Position numbers and translations under genes: made by a program. Positions 9,801-19,126 of a DNA stretch of 64,000 nucleotides are shown here, one piece after another; position 1 is the first letter of the stretch, and each line of letters opens with the position of its first letter. The DNA comes from an uncultured virus (IMG/VR IMGVR_UViG_3300007961_000161). Taxonomy: Duplodnaviria > Heunggongvirae > Uroviricota > Caudoviricetes. The stretch lies in the IMG/VR virus record IMGVR_UViG_3300007961_000161, one strand, 5' to 3'. The notes beneath the pieces were generated by a model. That model was not told where the DNA came from. It searched no databases and worked only from the letters and a program-made list of their open reading frames with translations.

Positions 9801-11067
9801 CGACCTGATACAAATGCGGCGGCGTTTTCTAGATAATAATTCGATAGAGTTCAATGATAAGTTTTCACCTGAGGAAGTCGCTTCCTTCCTTGAATTTATA
9901 GCCACGACAGATATATGTAACCGACCATTTACTGGCGAAAATCAGAAGAACTTTATTTTACAATTTAAGGATAATAAACAATATCCTAAGCTCAAAATAA
10001 CATCTCAACCTGATTTGGACCGCATAGCAAAAGAAGCTTGGGAGTGGAATACTGTTGAATACAACAAGTGGATTCAAAATCATTATCCACATATTTTTAT
10101 GTATAATGGACTGATACCACGTCATTTATTTTATAATGATATCTATTTGATTGATTATGAAGAATATGATTATTGTAATATCCAACCTTCTGATTCACAG
10201 CAAAATGTTTTAATTGTGAACTGTAATCGAAAAATTTGCGATTTATTATTACAAGTTGATGAAAATTGTCATATTACGAACGAGGATTATCGTATTCTTT
10301 GTGGCAATAATAGAATTACAGAAGAAGAACTTGAAGGAAAGAATAGGGAGATAGCACTTCTAAAGAATAAATTAAGCTGGTATGAAGAAAGATATGGCGT
10401 TATTAATCAAGAAACAACAGGAAACGAATTCTCTGAAGGTGACTCAGAATCCGCCATTACCACGCATTCTACAGAAGGGGCTTTAGATACAAGCCCCAAT
10501 GAAATCATGTGTTGTCAGGTGGATCGCGGCAACTTGTCTAAGACGGAGCAAATTGCTGCCCACAATGAAGCTGCAATCATTATTAAAGAGTTCCTGGAGG
10601 GGCAAGGTTACGATTGTTCTTCCTGGATAATTGCGGAAGAAGACGGCACAACAGTGAGAAAATGGAAGTCTGCGAGTCAAGTCCAAGGCATTATAGCACC
10701 TAATGGGGAAATAATAAATTTGGTCTACGTTAGTGCGAAAAAACAAAAAATCCATCTTAGCGCGACTGATTTTGAATTCTTGTCATCCCAAAGCAATAAT
10801 TTATTCATGGTATGGGATGGACGTGATGTCCATAGCGTTAGAGGAGAAGAAATTTTTAACAGCAAATCCGATGTCAGCCTGATTTTTGACACAGAATATA
10901 CTCCCCAAGAGTACTATGCTGCTCTCGGCAAGATTTTCAAATTCGTAAAGCGGTCAACTTTTGTTATTGAAAACCCGCATTATAGCGCGACCGATTCAAT
11001 ACAATCCTTTGGGATGGAGACAAAAGTAGACGGCGTTCAGGAAAGTTTTACTGAGGAGGATTTATAA
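6838..11067 (+). CDS. Large sacsin/Nov-like GHKL ATPase protein (1409 aa)
   Basis: RFIFELLQNADD, HNGKPF, KIGYKGIGFKSVF, FPFLSNGDFLTTANRE. Confidence 0.85.
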   Translation: METYTEEINAPADKKMFIQRIFHEYEPSERVARNLANALRNLMGDLYTEPERFIFELLQNADDKPAENSCVKIHLQLLEDTLIFFHNGKPFNLSDVNSICSIGDSTKNDDSEKIGYKGIGFKSVFANSDTVYINSGGFSFSFDKVSPLHNRAGNINEVPWQIKPIWVAKEHYPKSIQKVEAFFKSPVAIALSISKDQAKEYALMIPKLLAEPRFILFLRNVSSLKYIDFTGTNLSIQKEDNNGICNLIVNGKASSTWLTEDFIIDVSEDTKGKIKSDNLVPDKLKKAVKTKLTFAIPYEGRRIEKVEQKQSFLFSYLPTKVSDFQFPFLSNGDFLTTANRESIHFKTDWNVFLFKCLGSKIVDWAINLSNKRIPNYLDVLPGFLDEEDWAGARLANAFNVAYRKALEESAFIVNEEESLSKQVDCIIDKTGLSHITGSKLFREVMGTPKHLPADALDARVLERKPFDKIDTLNFADVISVIANKPLFSKLFVSLNDEQKVSLYKWIGSNDTPDQHDSLVTFASHLPAFLFSGEYISFEDITSGNYAITTPHIASVKAILQKLGIICSDTLYDESHPLFSILGKLDEKKLFEMIVQCDFSCLQDAERHSLFCALKDFDGIGMNSIKGLALLKNMNGKFRPLGEMTAYRENTPSWLFDHVLSKEDTSNDVLVYLIKRKEEFEKIIQVHCGEIDATFSEIHKEYSKEWTGQFTRELIDNYPNEIQKVSNGLLKIIEESDTETKTYFLNKIEKVDLSSNKTYSIDSYESRVLQLALAVLNSPLELSPKIYYDGQCIKNFTVTDDVICDFIQSGVSRTVTMSLSKLLPRYLSRSDVIDAIKCLFENKNDLDRFFDAKPIPLSDIYKEVIRLLGIPEKSCVNWKNVGGNAYQYLFAVYYRRKTWNFYGPYLPRIDLSNQSASFVQDLMTFLYENQIVFKQSPFTSQLSLYFSGKFFANEYILPKEQILTVLESWANDDEKKKYLQDCGVGLPSSDLIQMRRRFLDNNSIEFNDKFSPEEVASFLEFIATTDICNRPFTGENQKNFILQFKDNKQYPKLKITSQPDLDRIAKEAWEWNTVEYNKWIQNHYPHIFMYNGLIPRHLFYNDIYLIDYEEYDYCNIQPSDSQQNVLIVNCNRKICDLLLQVDENCHITNEDYRILCGNNRITEEELEGKNREIALLKNKLSWYEERYGVINQETTGNEFSEGDSESAITTHSTEGALDTSPNEIMCCQVDRGNLSKTEQIAAHNEAAIIIKEFLEGQGYDCSSWIIAEEDGTTVRKWKSASQVQGIIAPNGEIINLVYVSAKKQKIHLSATDFEFLSSQSNNLFMVWDGRDVHSVRGEEIFNSKSDVSLIFDTEYTPQEYYAALGKIFKFVKRSTFVIENPHYSATDSIQSFGMETKVDGVQESFTEEDL

Positions 11068-11070
11068 TCA

Positions 11071-13293
11071 ATGAAATACACAAGAAAAAACTATGAAGAT
11101 TTTCTTAATGCGGAATTGCAAGCACAAATTCAAGGATATGAGCAAATAGCCAATACTGAAGCAGTTGTCTTGAAAAAACGCGGAGACGTATTCGTCGGAC
11201 AATTCATAAAATTGCAAGACAACGGAATGGCTATCTTCAAGGTGCGTCATTCTGATGATATGCCTAGGAAAAATTCATTTTGGACCGCCTCCTATTTTAT
11301 TAACGAGATGAACAAATATAGAAATTGGGGGAATCTTTCTTGGGCTGAACTCAGAAAAAAATTCCAGAGAGCACATTCCGATGCTCTATGCGTATGGATT
11401 CAACAAACAGATGAGCAAGATTTTTGTCTCGTTGGCATAAAGAATATAACTACTGAATTCGCACAGCTTTTGGTTAGTGAAAAGCCACTTATAGCTTTTG
11501 GACCTAAAGATCCCCCCCTTCAATATCTTTTAAATCTCATAGAGATAACACGAGATTCAACTTGTAAAAATATTCAGCCTGTCCTTGATTTTAATGAATC
11601 GGGGATTCAATGGAATCCGCAGAAAATCGACTCCAAATGCAATCTTACATCTCTCTTGGAGGACGAACTACGGAATCGGAGCAATTATGTTGTTGTGCAA
11701 GGCCCCCCAGGCACCGGTAAAACATACAGAATGGCACAGATGGCAGCGCATCTGCTGGATGAAAATCGAAGCGTGCTGGCAACTGCGCTGACCAACCAGG
11801 CGCTCATGGAATTGGCCAAAAAAAATGATATGCAATCATTTTTAGAACAGGGGAAAGTTTCAAAAACAAGCTTAACAGTTGATGAAAACAAAGAATTGCC
11901 TAGGCTATTGCCCATAAAGGATAATTTGTGCAATGCATCCAAAGGAAATCTTTCTTTGGCAACATTTTATGTGGCAAGCGGCTGGGCAAAAGATGCTGAA
12001 GAGCAACCGTTCGATTATGTCATAATGGATGAATCAAGCCAAGCTCTTTTGCCAATGATTGCTGCTTCGGCAAGGCTCGGCAAAAAAGTTATTTTAATCG
12101 GGGATCAGAATCAGCTGCCTCCGATAGTTACTATCAATGAAGATGTAATTAATAGAAATCATTGGTCTCCAATGATAAGAGGGTTTGAAACCATTTGCCA
12201 ACACTTCCCATTTAAGTCCTACATGCTTAGTGATACATTTCGTCAGACGCAGCGAGGGGCTGAGAGTACGGGTATATTCTACCAAAATCTGCTACATTCG
12301 GTTTCTGAAACGCAAACCGTACCTTCCAAGTTGGATTTTTTGAACAAGCAAGGCGGACCAATTTTTAAAGGGCTAGATTTGAAAATTGGACAGAAAGCTC
12401 CGATAAACGCACTTGAATGCATTTTTGATTACGTCAGCAACATGCTAACTGAAAATAACAAGGCGACCATAGCAGTTCTTTCCAAGTTCAGAGAGACCGT
12501 CCGTGCAACGCAGAAGCATTTCATTCTTAAATGGCAAAAGACAAAGGCTCTGCCGGACAACCTCTTGATAGAAACCGTAGATAGGGTGCAAGGGTTAACG
12601 GTTGATTATTGCATCTTTTTCATACCGAACTCATCACTGCAATACTCCTTGGAAAACGAACTATTTAATGTTGCAACATCACGAGCAAAATATAATACCA
12701 TTATCGTTGCAGACCAAACTATTCTCCGGCAAGGCATGTCGGAAGAAGTTAGGAAATTTATACTCAAAAGCCAAGAAGATAAATTCGTAGCATTCGAAGC
12801 CCAAAATATACCTACGGAAGCGGCGTCCGTTAACAAAGCGCGAATAATTAAATTAGCGGAACCAGAAAGCAATAAACCTGAGCGCCCCACAGCAAAGCAA
12901 TATACTTATGTTATTGATACTAATGTATTTGTAAACTGTCCGGACATTATTGCCCGAATTGGCAGACATCACAAAATCGTTATCCCAGCAAAGGTACTAG
13001 AAGAACTGGACAAATTAAAATTAAAACCAAGCATAGATATTTCTAAGCTTAGTCTGGCGGTTAAGAATATAGGCTCTGCTTTTACGAACCAATATTCAAG
13101 CATGGAGGATGCGGATACTTCGCTCATACCCAGTGGCTTTGATAAAAATAATCCTGACTGTATGATTTTGTCCGTGGCTTTAAAACACAAGAATGAACAG
13201 GCAGTGCTTTTGACGTCTGACAACCTGCTTCAAACGAGAGCAAAAGGCTTAGGGATAGCAACAGTATCTTTGCAGCAATTCCTAAGAAAATAG
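11071..13293 (+). CDS. SF1 (Upf1/DNA2-like) helicase fused to a C-terminal PIN nuclease
   Basis: GPPGTGKT, MDESSQ, IGDQNQLPP, TVDRVQG, NVATSRAK; PIN motifs VIDTNVF, VLEELDKLK, NPDCMIL, LLTSDNLL. Confidence 0.9.
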   Translation: MKYTRKNYEDFLNAELQAQIQGYEQIANTEAVVLKKRGDVFVGQFIKLQDNGMAIFKVRHSDDMPRKNSFWTASYFINEMNKYRNWGNLSWAELRKKFQRAHSDALCVWIQQTDEQDFCLVGIKNITTEFAQLLVSEKPLIAFGPKDPPLQYLLNLIEITRDSTCKNIQPVLDFNESGIQWNPQKIDSKCNLTSLLEDELRNRSNYVVVQGPPGTGKTYRMAQMAAHLLDENRSVLATALTNQALMELAKKNDMQSFLEQGKVSKTSLTVDENKELPRLLPIKDNLCNASKGNLSLATFYVASGWAKDAEEQPFDYVIMDESSQALLPMIAASARLGKKVILIGDQNQLPPIVTINEDVINRNHWSPMIRGFETICQHFPFKSYMLSDTFRQTQRGAESTGIFYQNLLHSVSETQTVPSKLDFLNKQGGPIFKGLDLKIGQKAPINALECIFDYVSNMLTENNKATIAVLSKFRETVRATQKHFILKWQKTKALPDNLLIETVDRVQGLTVDYCIFFIPNSSLQYSLENELFNVATSRAKYNTIIVADQTILRQGMSEEVRKFILKSQEDKFVAFEAQNIPTEAASVNKARIIKLAEPESNKPERPTAKQYTYVIDTNVFVNCPDIIARIGRHHKIVIPAKVLEELDKLKLKPSIDISKLSLAVKNIGSAFTNQYSSMEDADTSLIPSGFDKNNPDCMILSVALKHKNEQAVLLTSDNLLQTRAKGLGIATVSLQQFLRK

Positions 13294-13357
13294 TTGTGTT
13301 GATAACACACTCGATCATCATGCTGAAGGGGCGTTCGACACCGCGGTAGTGATTCCG

Positions 13358-15166
13358 TTATTTGGAACTTACGCCAAGGTGTTTTCCGCAATGACCTATG
13401 ATAATCAACTTTTTGTCATCACTAATGGAAAAATGAACCCTGGCAGTTTTAGCCACATCATCTGCAACGCCTATTTTTAAATGCTTCGGCATGGGAATAT
13501 CGCAAAAAACGCGTTGATTCATAAGTTGCTTAGAATTTTCAACTGTTTCTGACTCTTGGGCGGCGTATTCATTAATTGTGAATGCTTCTCGAGCAAGATT
13601 ATCTCCGCCGATAACAAATTTGTCTAAGTAGTCAGTTACCAAACGGATTAATAAATTAAGCAATTTCAATCCGTTTTCAAATACTTGATCTATCTCCTTG
13701 GCTGACTTCCAGGCAGTTGGCAAAATATTAACCCTGTCAGGCCAGCAAGATTGGACCAACTGAAGGCATTCAGTTGGTGATAAGGGTTTTCCTAGGATAA
13801 TTATTTTTTTAAGATAATTACCAAGATTTGTGTCGTGTGTCTTTGCTTCCTTGGATTTCTTTGCATACCCCGCCCATGTTTGAGACATGATTGCAGCTTG
13901 AGATGATAATTTTTCTTGTGCTTCGTCTAGCTTTTCTTGAAGAGTTTCAGCTTGCTCGAGATATTTCAAGCCTTCTTCTGTTAGTTTCTCATTTTCGTTT
14001 AACTGTTTTTCCAGATTAAATTGAACTTTTTCATATTCTACCAAAAGTGAACTCATGGCATTTGTCAGAGATGCAAGCATATTAACCGAGCGTTCTTCAT
14101 CATTTTTGACGTCGGCAACGCTCCTAATTGCTTGATGCTTTATTTCAAGATATTGGTCTGTACCGGAACCAATATATGAAAAACAGATATTCTTTTTTTC
14201 TTTGTCTGTAGAAATAGCTTTTCCTGCCCCATTTCCCACATATATAAGCGAAGGGTCTTTATAACTTGCTATGATTCCATTATAATTTTTGTCATGAACA
14301 AGACCTAACTTCATGATTGGCTGCTGAGGATTTGAAACATTTGCTAGTTCTCTATTTTGGGCGCACAAGTACAATAATTGAGGGATAACAAATTTTAAAA
14401 CTTCAGATGAAATTTCCAGCCAGTCAAATTGTATTAGCTGTTTTGTTTTTTTGGGGTCATGAAAAAGCGGTCGGAGTTCGTTGAAATCTATTCTTTTTTT
14501 ATGCGCTATCTTAACATAGGGTTGGAATGTTTTGTATTCCATAATTTTTGTTATTACATAATTCGATTCATGTAATAACATATCATGAAAACTAATACTT
14601 TTTTGTATCGGTAATTTAATCTGATACAGTTGGGAAGGAAAATCCAAAAAAATCCGTAATAAGAAACCTGCTTGGAAATCGCAATCCAACAGTGCGAAAT
14701 ATCCATAAGGCTCTAGCCCATGAATATTCCAATTCGGTGTTTCTACATAAATGCACCATTCAGGTAAATTTTTAAAAATATGGTAAGGTATTCGTGAGGT
14801 CAAATCTAGTTCTGGCAAGCAACTAACTAGAACATCGTCAAATTTGTATATACCTTTCGATAAGTTCCAAAGACTAAATGCATAAAACTCCAAAAGTTCA
14901 GATAGACAAGGTTCAATTCCTCTAAACCAGGAAGTATTTTGAAATTCAAGCGTACCTGTTACATACCCCTCAAAAATGCCAAAGTTGACTAGGCAATCTT
15001 TAATCCAAGATGTCATTAATTGATGAGGAGTTTTTGTAATACACTCTTCACAGAAAATGGACAGATCCATCCCAAAATGTGTCTGTAATTCTGATGCCTT
15101 TTCTGTTAACCTTTTTGCAAGATCAACATCTAACCTTGGCGTGGCATCAAAAAAATCATGCGCCAT
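13358..15166 (-). CDS. AcrVA2/FinQ-like domain + coiled coil + putative RelE-like C-terminal domain
   Basis: WNLSKGIYKFD, IFKNLPEWCIYVETP, VIPQLLYLC resemble AcrVA2/FinQ motifs as I recall them; C-terminus HLKIG...ARVHF...IIIGHCGKHL. Confidence 0.6.
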   Translation of the reverse strand: MAHDFFDATPRLDVDLAKRLTEKASELQTHFGMDLSIFCEECITKTPHQLMTSWIKDCLVNFGIFEGYVTGTLEFQNTSWFRGIEPCLSELLEFYAFSLWNLSKGIYKFDDVLVSCLPELDLTSRIPYHIFKNLPEWCIYVETPNWNIHGLEPYGYFALLDCDFQAGFLLRIFLDFPSQLYQIKLPIQKSISFHDMLLHESNYVITKIMEYKTFQPYVKIAHKKRIDFNELRPLFHDPKKTKQLIQFDWLEISSEVLKFVIPQLLYLCAQNRELANVSNPQQPIMKLGLVHDKNYNGIIASYKDPSLIYVGNGAGKAISTDKEKKNICFSYIGSGTDQYLEIKHQAIRSVADVKNDEERSVNMLASLTNAMSSLLVEYEKVQFNLEKQLNENEKLTEEGLKYLEQAETLQEKLDEAQEKLSSQAAIMSQTWAGYAKKSKEAKTHDTNLGNYLKKIIILGKPLSPTECLQLVQSCWPDRVNILPTAWKSAKEIDQVFENGLKLLNLLIRLVTDYLDKFVIGGDNLAREAFTINEYAAQESETVENSKQLMNQRVFCDIPMPKHLKIGVADDVAKTARVHFSISDDKKLIIIGHCGKHLGVSSK

Positions 15167-15459
15167 TATACACAGACCTCAACTTGCATAGTTGATAGAG
15201 TAATTAACGATAAAACATACCGATTCGCTTCAGTATTATTGCATGAAAGGTGAATGTGTGCAATCCAACGATTTCTTCTCGTTCATTTTTTGTTATCTTC
15301 AACATTTCCATATTGTCACATATAATTAACCGTGTGTCACTGGGGATAAATGTTAAGATGAATGCCAAAGGAAATCTGTTCTCTGTCTTTATCAATTGAC
15401 CGTATTGCAATTCCTGCGTACGCCTTGTCAACTCCCCGTTCATGTGGCACTTTTCAGCA

Positions 15460-15753
15460 ATGAACAAATCCGAACTCATCCAAGCTCTGGCAGAAAAAAG
15501 CCGCATTGATCCGTCCATTGCCCGTTCCGTCGTTGAAACTATGATCTATCTGATGAAAAAGCAACTCATGGACGGCGGACGCATAGAAATTCGCGGCTTC
15601 GGCTCATTTGAAATGCAGGAATATAAAGCCTACAAAGGCAGGAACCCAAAGACCAGCGAAAGCGTCAGCGTCAAGCCCAAGCGCACTCCGTTCTTTAAGT
15701 GTGGACAGGATTTAAAGGACGTGCTTAACGGAAAGCCATCTGAGATGCATTGA
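15460..15753 (+). CDS. HU/IHF-family DNA-binding protein
   Basis: MNKSELIQALAEK, RIEIRGFGSF, GRNPKT, PFFKCG. Confidence 0.92.
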   Translation: MNKSELIQALAEKSRIDPSIARSVVETMIYLMKKQLMDGGRIEIRGFGSFEMQEYKAYKGRNPKTSESVSVKPKRTPFFKCGQDLKDVLNGKPSEMH

Positions 15754-16481
15754 TGAAGAAGATTGTCACCTTCTTCCTTGCCTTCATGCGTTTTCCAACC
15801 ATGATGCTTGCCGCCGGCAATGAGAGGATCAGCTCATATGCCGAGGCAAAGCGCCTGTTCGATGAAATTTACCGCAACCACCGCATTACCGTGTACTGCG
15901 GATTCAGCTATGACGCATGGCGGAACATCGATCTCCCGGACGGGTTCATTATCGCCTCCCATCCGTCCCGGGCGGGAAGGATGGAGCGGGAGCACGTCGT
16001 CCCGGCGGAGAACTTCGGAAGGGCTTTCAAGGAGTGGAGAGAAGGATCCCCGCTGTGCATCGACGGCAAGGGAAATTCCTTCAAGGGGCGCAGATGCGCG
16101 GAACTGGCAAGCGAGCGGTTCAGGCTGATGGAAGCCGACCTGCACAACCTTTTCCCGTCGGTCGGCTGTGTCAACGCGGCGAGGAGCAACTTCAATTTCG
16201 AGGAGCTTGGACAGGCTGCGCAGCCGTTCGGCCCGACCTGCCCCATGAAGTTTGAAGGACGCAAGGTCGAGCCGCCAGCGAGAACAAAAGGAGTCGTGGC
16301 TCGGGCTTACCTCTACATGGACGATGCATACAGCGAATACCGAATGTCACGCCAGCAGAAGCGACTCATGGAAACGTGGGATTCCATGTACCCGCCGGAT
16401 GCGTGGGAGTGCGAAAGGAACCGGCGGAACAGGCGGGTTCAGGGCAACGGGAATCCATTCGTGGAAGATAAGTGTGAATAG
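15753..16481 (+). CDS. Endonuclease I (EndA/Dns family)
   Basis: TVYCG, EREHVVPAENFG, MEADLHNLFPSVGCVNAARSN, KGVVARAYLYM, QGNGNPFV. Confidence 0.92.
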   Translation: MKKIVTFFLAFMRFPTMMLAAGNERISSYAEAKRLFDEIYRNHRITVYCGFSYDAWRNIDLPDGFIIASHPSRAGRMEREHVVPAENFGRAFKEWREGSPLCIDGKGNSFKGRRCAELASERFRLMEADLHNLFPSVGCVNAARSNFNFEELGQAAQPFGPTCPMKFEGRKVEPPARTKGVVARAYLYMDDAYSEYRMSRQQKRLMETWDSMYPPDAWECERNRRNRRVQGNGNPFVEDKCE

Positions 16482-16633
16482 ACATAGTAAAGGAAGCTCT
16501 GAAGTCTAAGAGGGACGACGTATAAACAATGTGTTGCAATGACTCTTGCCATTGCAAAATACAAGTATTATACTACCAAAGTCTGTAGTTATAACAAATA
16601 GATATTTGCTTTTAAACATGCAAGGATTTATGC

Positions 16634-17074
16634 ATGAATAGTGATAGCTTGTTTTCCGATGATGACAGGGCATATTTGTCTATGCTTCAATCTGCTATTT
16701 CACGTATGTCAACAAACAGTTTATACTGCAAAGTTGTGAGCGGAGCATGCATATCTGTTATGTTACCAGTTTTTTCATCATTAAATAATCAAAATATGAC
16801 AGCATTATTAGCTATAGTTGTTATATTTATGCTACTCGATGCTAGGTACCTATCAATTGAGCGCTGTTATGTAAAAATGTTTAATACTTATGTTGAAAAA
16901 ATTAAAGCAGAACATATTGAAATTAGAAAAAATTTATTTAATCTAACCCCAGACGGTTATCATTCTTTATCTTTCTTTTTTAGTTCATTTTTTTCTTGGT
17001 CGATTTGTGTGCCGTATTTATTTTACGTTGTATTTATAATTTTATATATGTTGTGGTTATCTTATGTTCGGTAA
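16634..17074 (+). CDS. Small multi-pass membrane protein upstream of TIR
   Basis: YLSMLQSAISRMSTNS...LDARYLSIER; about three hydrophobic segments; overlaps the TIR start. Confidence 0.75.
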   Translation: MNSDSLFSDDDRAYLSMLQSAISRMSTNSLYCKVVSGACISVMLPVFSSLNNQNMTALLAIVVIFMLLDARYLSIERCYVKMFNTYVEKIKAEHIEIRKNLFNLTPDGYHSLSFFFSSFFSWSICVPYLFYVVFIILYMLWLSYVR

Positions 17075-17627
17075 TGAATTCAATAACCATAGAAGTGGAT
17101 ACGGGTTACTGTCATTATTAGCTAATCAACCATCTATTAAACATAGAGTTTTTTATAGTTTTCACTATAAAAATGATGCAATGAGAGCCGCTGTAATTAA
17201 AAATATAGGCGCCTTGGATGGAAATATGCCATGTTCTCCAAATGAATGGGAAGAAGTGAAAAAAAGCGACAACTCTATAAAACAATGGATAAATAATTCG
17301 ATGGAAAAAAGGACATGCTGTATTGTTCTCGTTGGAACTGAAACATCAGGAAGAAAATGGATTAAATACGAAATTAAAACTGCTTGGGAAAAGGGATTAG
17401 GAGTTTTGGGTATCTTTATTCATAATATTAAAATTCCAAACAGTAACTTTTGCGCAAAAGGAAAAAATCCGTTCGTTGAATTTACTTTTGGAAAATCAAA
17501 ATTTTCTGATATTGTAAAATGTTATGACCCTAAAGTAATTACTGGCCATGGCTCTTACCATGATATTGCGTCAAATATTTCAGCATGGATTGAAGAGGCT
17601 ATTTCTATAAGAAAAAAATACAGCTAA
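17064..17627 (+). CDS. ThsB-like TIR domain protein (DUF1863/MTH538)
   Basis: RVFYSFHY, WEEVKK, IVLVGTETSGRKWIKYEI (catalytic Glu present), KGKNPF. Confidence 0.9.
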   Translation: MFGNEFNNHRSGYGLLSLLANQPSIKHRVFYSFHYKNDAMRAAVIKNIGALDGNMPCSPNEWEEVKKSDNSIKQWINNSMEKRTCCIVLVGTETSGRKWIKYEIKTAWEKGLGVLGIFIHNIKIPNSNFCAKGKNPFVEFTFGKSKFSDIVKCYDPKVITGHGSYHDIASNISAWIEEAISIRKKYS

Positions 17628-17667
17628 TTATTCATGGGCATTATAATAATATTGGAGGATAACCACC

Positions 17668-18189
17668 TTGAATGAATCGTTAACCGAGATTCAAGAAGCT
17701 TTTGAGGCATTATATGAGTATTTTGAACATATTGTTAAGCCCACTGTAGATGAATATTTGAAAGCGGATTTAAATAATATTCGAAGAGCGTGTTTAGCCT
17801 GCATTGTCATCGAGCATATTGAAGATTATATCAGAGAATCATATGAAAAAGTTAATCCGGATGCTAACTACACCGAAAGACAGCAATATCCAGAAATAAG
17901 TCTAATTAAAGATGTAGGTGATGCTACCAAGCATTTTATTTTAACCCGCAGTAAAAAGAAAAGAAATATTTGTAATGTACATGATATTGCTTATCGACCA
18001 CATGAAGGTGCATCCTTTTTTAATGCGCCATTCAGCGAAGCAACTTTTAATAACGAAGGGATATATGTAACTGCAAAAGATGGTAGAATAATTAAATTAA
18101 GTATCGTTATATGTAAGGTGATGAAAATTTACCAAGATCTAATAGATGCTATAAGAGAATACCATACAGCCCATTATTTAGAGATATGA
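17668..18189 (+). CDS. Hypothetical protein, possibly HEPN-like
   Basis: GGAGG RBS before TTG; helical; LIKDVGDATKH resembles a HEPN motif but lacks the Arg. Confidence 0.5.
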   Translation: MNESLTEIQEAFEALYEYFEHIVKPTVDEYLKADLNNIRRACLACIVIEHIEDYIRESYEKVNPDANYTERQQYPEISLIKDVGDATKHFILTRSKKKRNICNVHDIAYRPHEGASFFNAPFSEATFNNEGIYVTAKDGRIIKLSIVICKVMKIYQDLIDAIREYHTAHYLEI

Positions 18190-18998
18190 TGAGGACCGTG
18201 TCGCCTTGCCTCTTTTCTTGTATGATGTCTTTTAAGGCTAGTGGCCTTTAGAGCGCTCACAGACTTTAGACTTTGCAACATGCTATTTTCGAGTTCGACC
18301 TTGAATGTTTTAAGGATCTCAAGATTTTCTTCAAGCATTTTTCTTAGGTTACCACTTATTGCCATGCCAATAAAATAGTCACGGTCAATCAGCGTGACAC
18401 ACATTTTATTCAAAAGGTTCACTGGAAAAACGCATAGCAAGAATGGCAATTCTTTGAAGTCAAAAAACACCGGGACCCTGCAGCCCAGCCAAGTTTGAGG
18501 CAGATACTCTTCTGGAGCAGTGGCAAGATAAAAATTTCTGCCTATCGGCTGCAGATAATCATCTATTTTCTGGATTCGGCTGTATGCCGTTTTGGTGCGG
18601 TTCCCATCAACCACCCACACCATGTGGTTGTAAAAATTTTCCCTGGCAGTTCGTTCTTCAGGATTTATGGCAGAATGCTGAAATTCTATTGCCAGCCATG
18701 CATCTTTCACTTTTGGGCCAAAAATATCTGCGATATGGCATTCCTGGGATTTTTTCTTGCGTAACGGATATTCGCGCCATTCTTCCGGAAACTTGTCCTG
18801 CCAGTTGCGATGCCATTCCGTCATGGGGGATTGCCAGGTGTCGCAAGCCTCCCCTGATTTATGAGCCCAGTGCCAGTTCCTGATGTCTCCGCATTTGGCG
18901 ATTACCGGCTTGCCGCACACCTCGCAGAAGCAGTCAATTTCTATTCCCCTGGTGGCTTCAACACGTTTTTTGTCTGCTGTCTGGGCGTACCGCATCAT
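18174..18998 (-). CDS. CoiA-like Zn-finger/PD-(D/E)xK nuclease
   Basis: CEVCGKPVIAKCG...WHWAH, MTEWHRNWQ, HIADI, IEFQHS. Confidence 0.85.
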   Translation of the reverse strand: MMRYAQTADKKRVEATRGIEIDCFCEVCGKPVIAKCGDIRNWHWAHKSGEACDTWQSPMTEWHRNWQDKFPEEWREYPLRKKKSQECHIADIFGPKVKDAWLAIEFQHSAINPEERTARENFYNHMVWVVDGNRTKTAYSRIQKIDDYLQPIGRNFYLATAPEEYLPQTWLGCRVPVFFDFKELPFLLCVFPVNLLNKMCVTLIDRDYFIGMAISGNLRKMLEENLEILKTFKVELENSMLQSLKSVSALKATSLKRHHTRKEARRHGPHHISK

Positions 18999-19126
18999 AT
19001 GTATCTCCGCACAATAATCCTATGCGTCATGTCAGTCGTCCAATACATCTGACATAAGATAATCATATCAGCTGGTCGCCAAATTTCAAGATTGACCTCA
19101 CTAGTTGTGACTGTTATTAAATTTTG

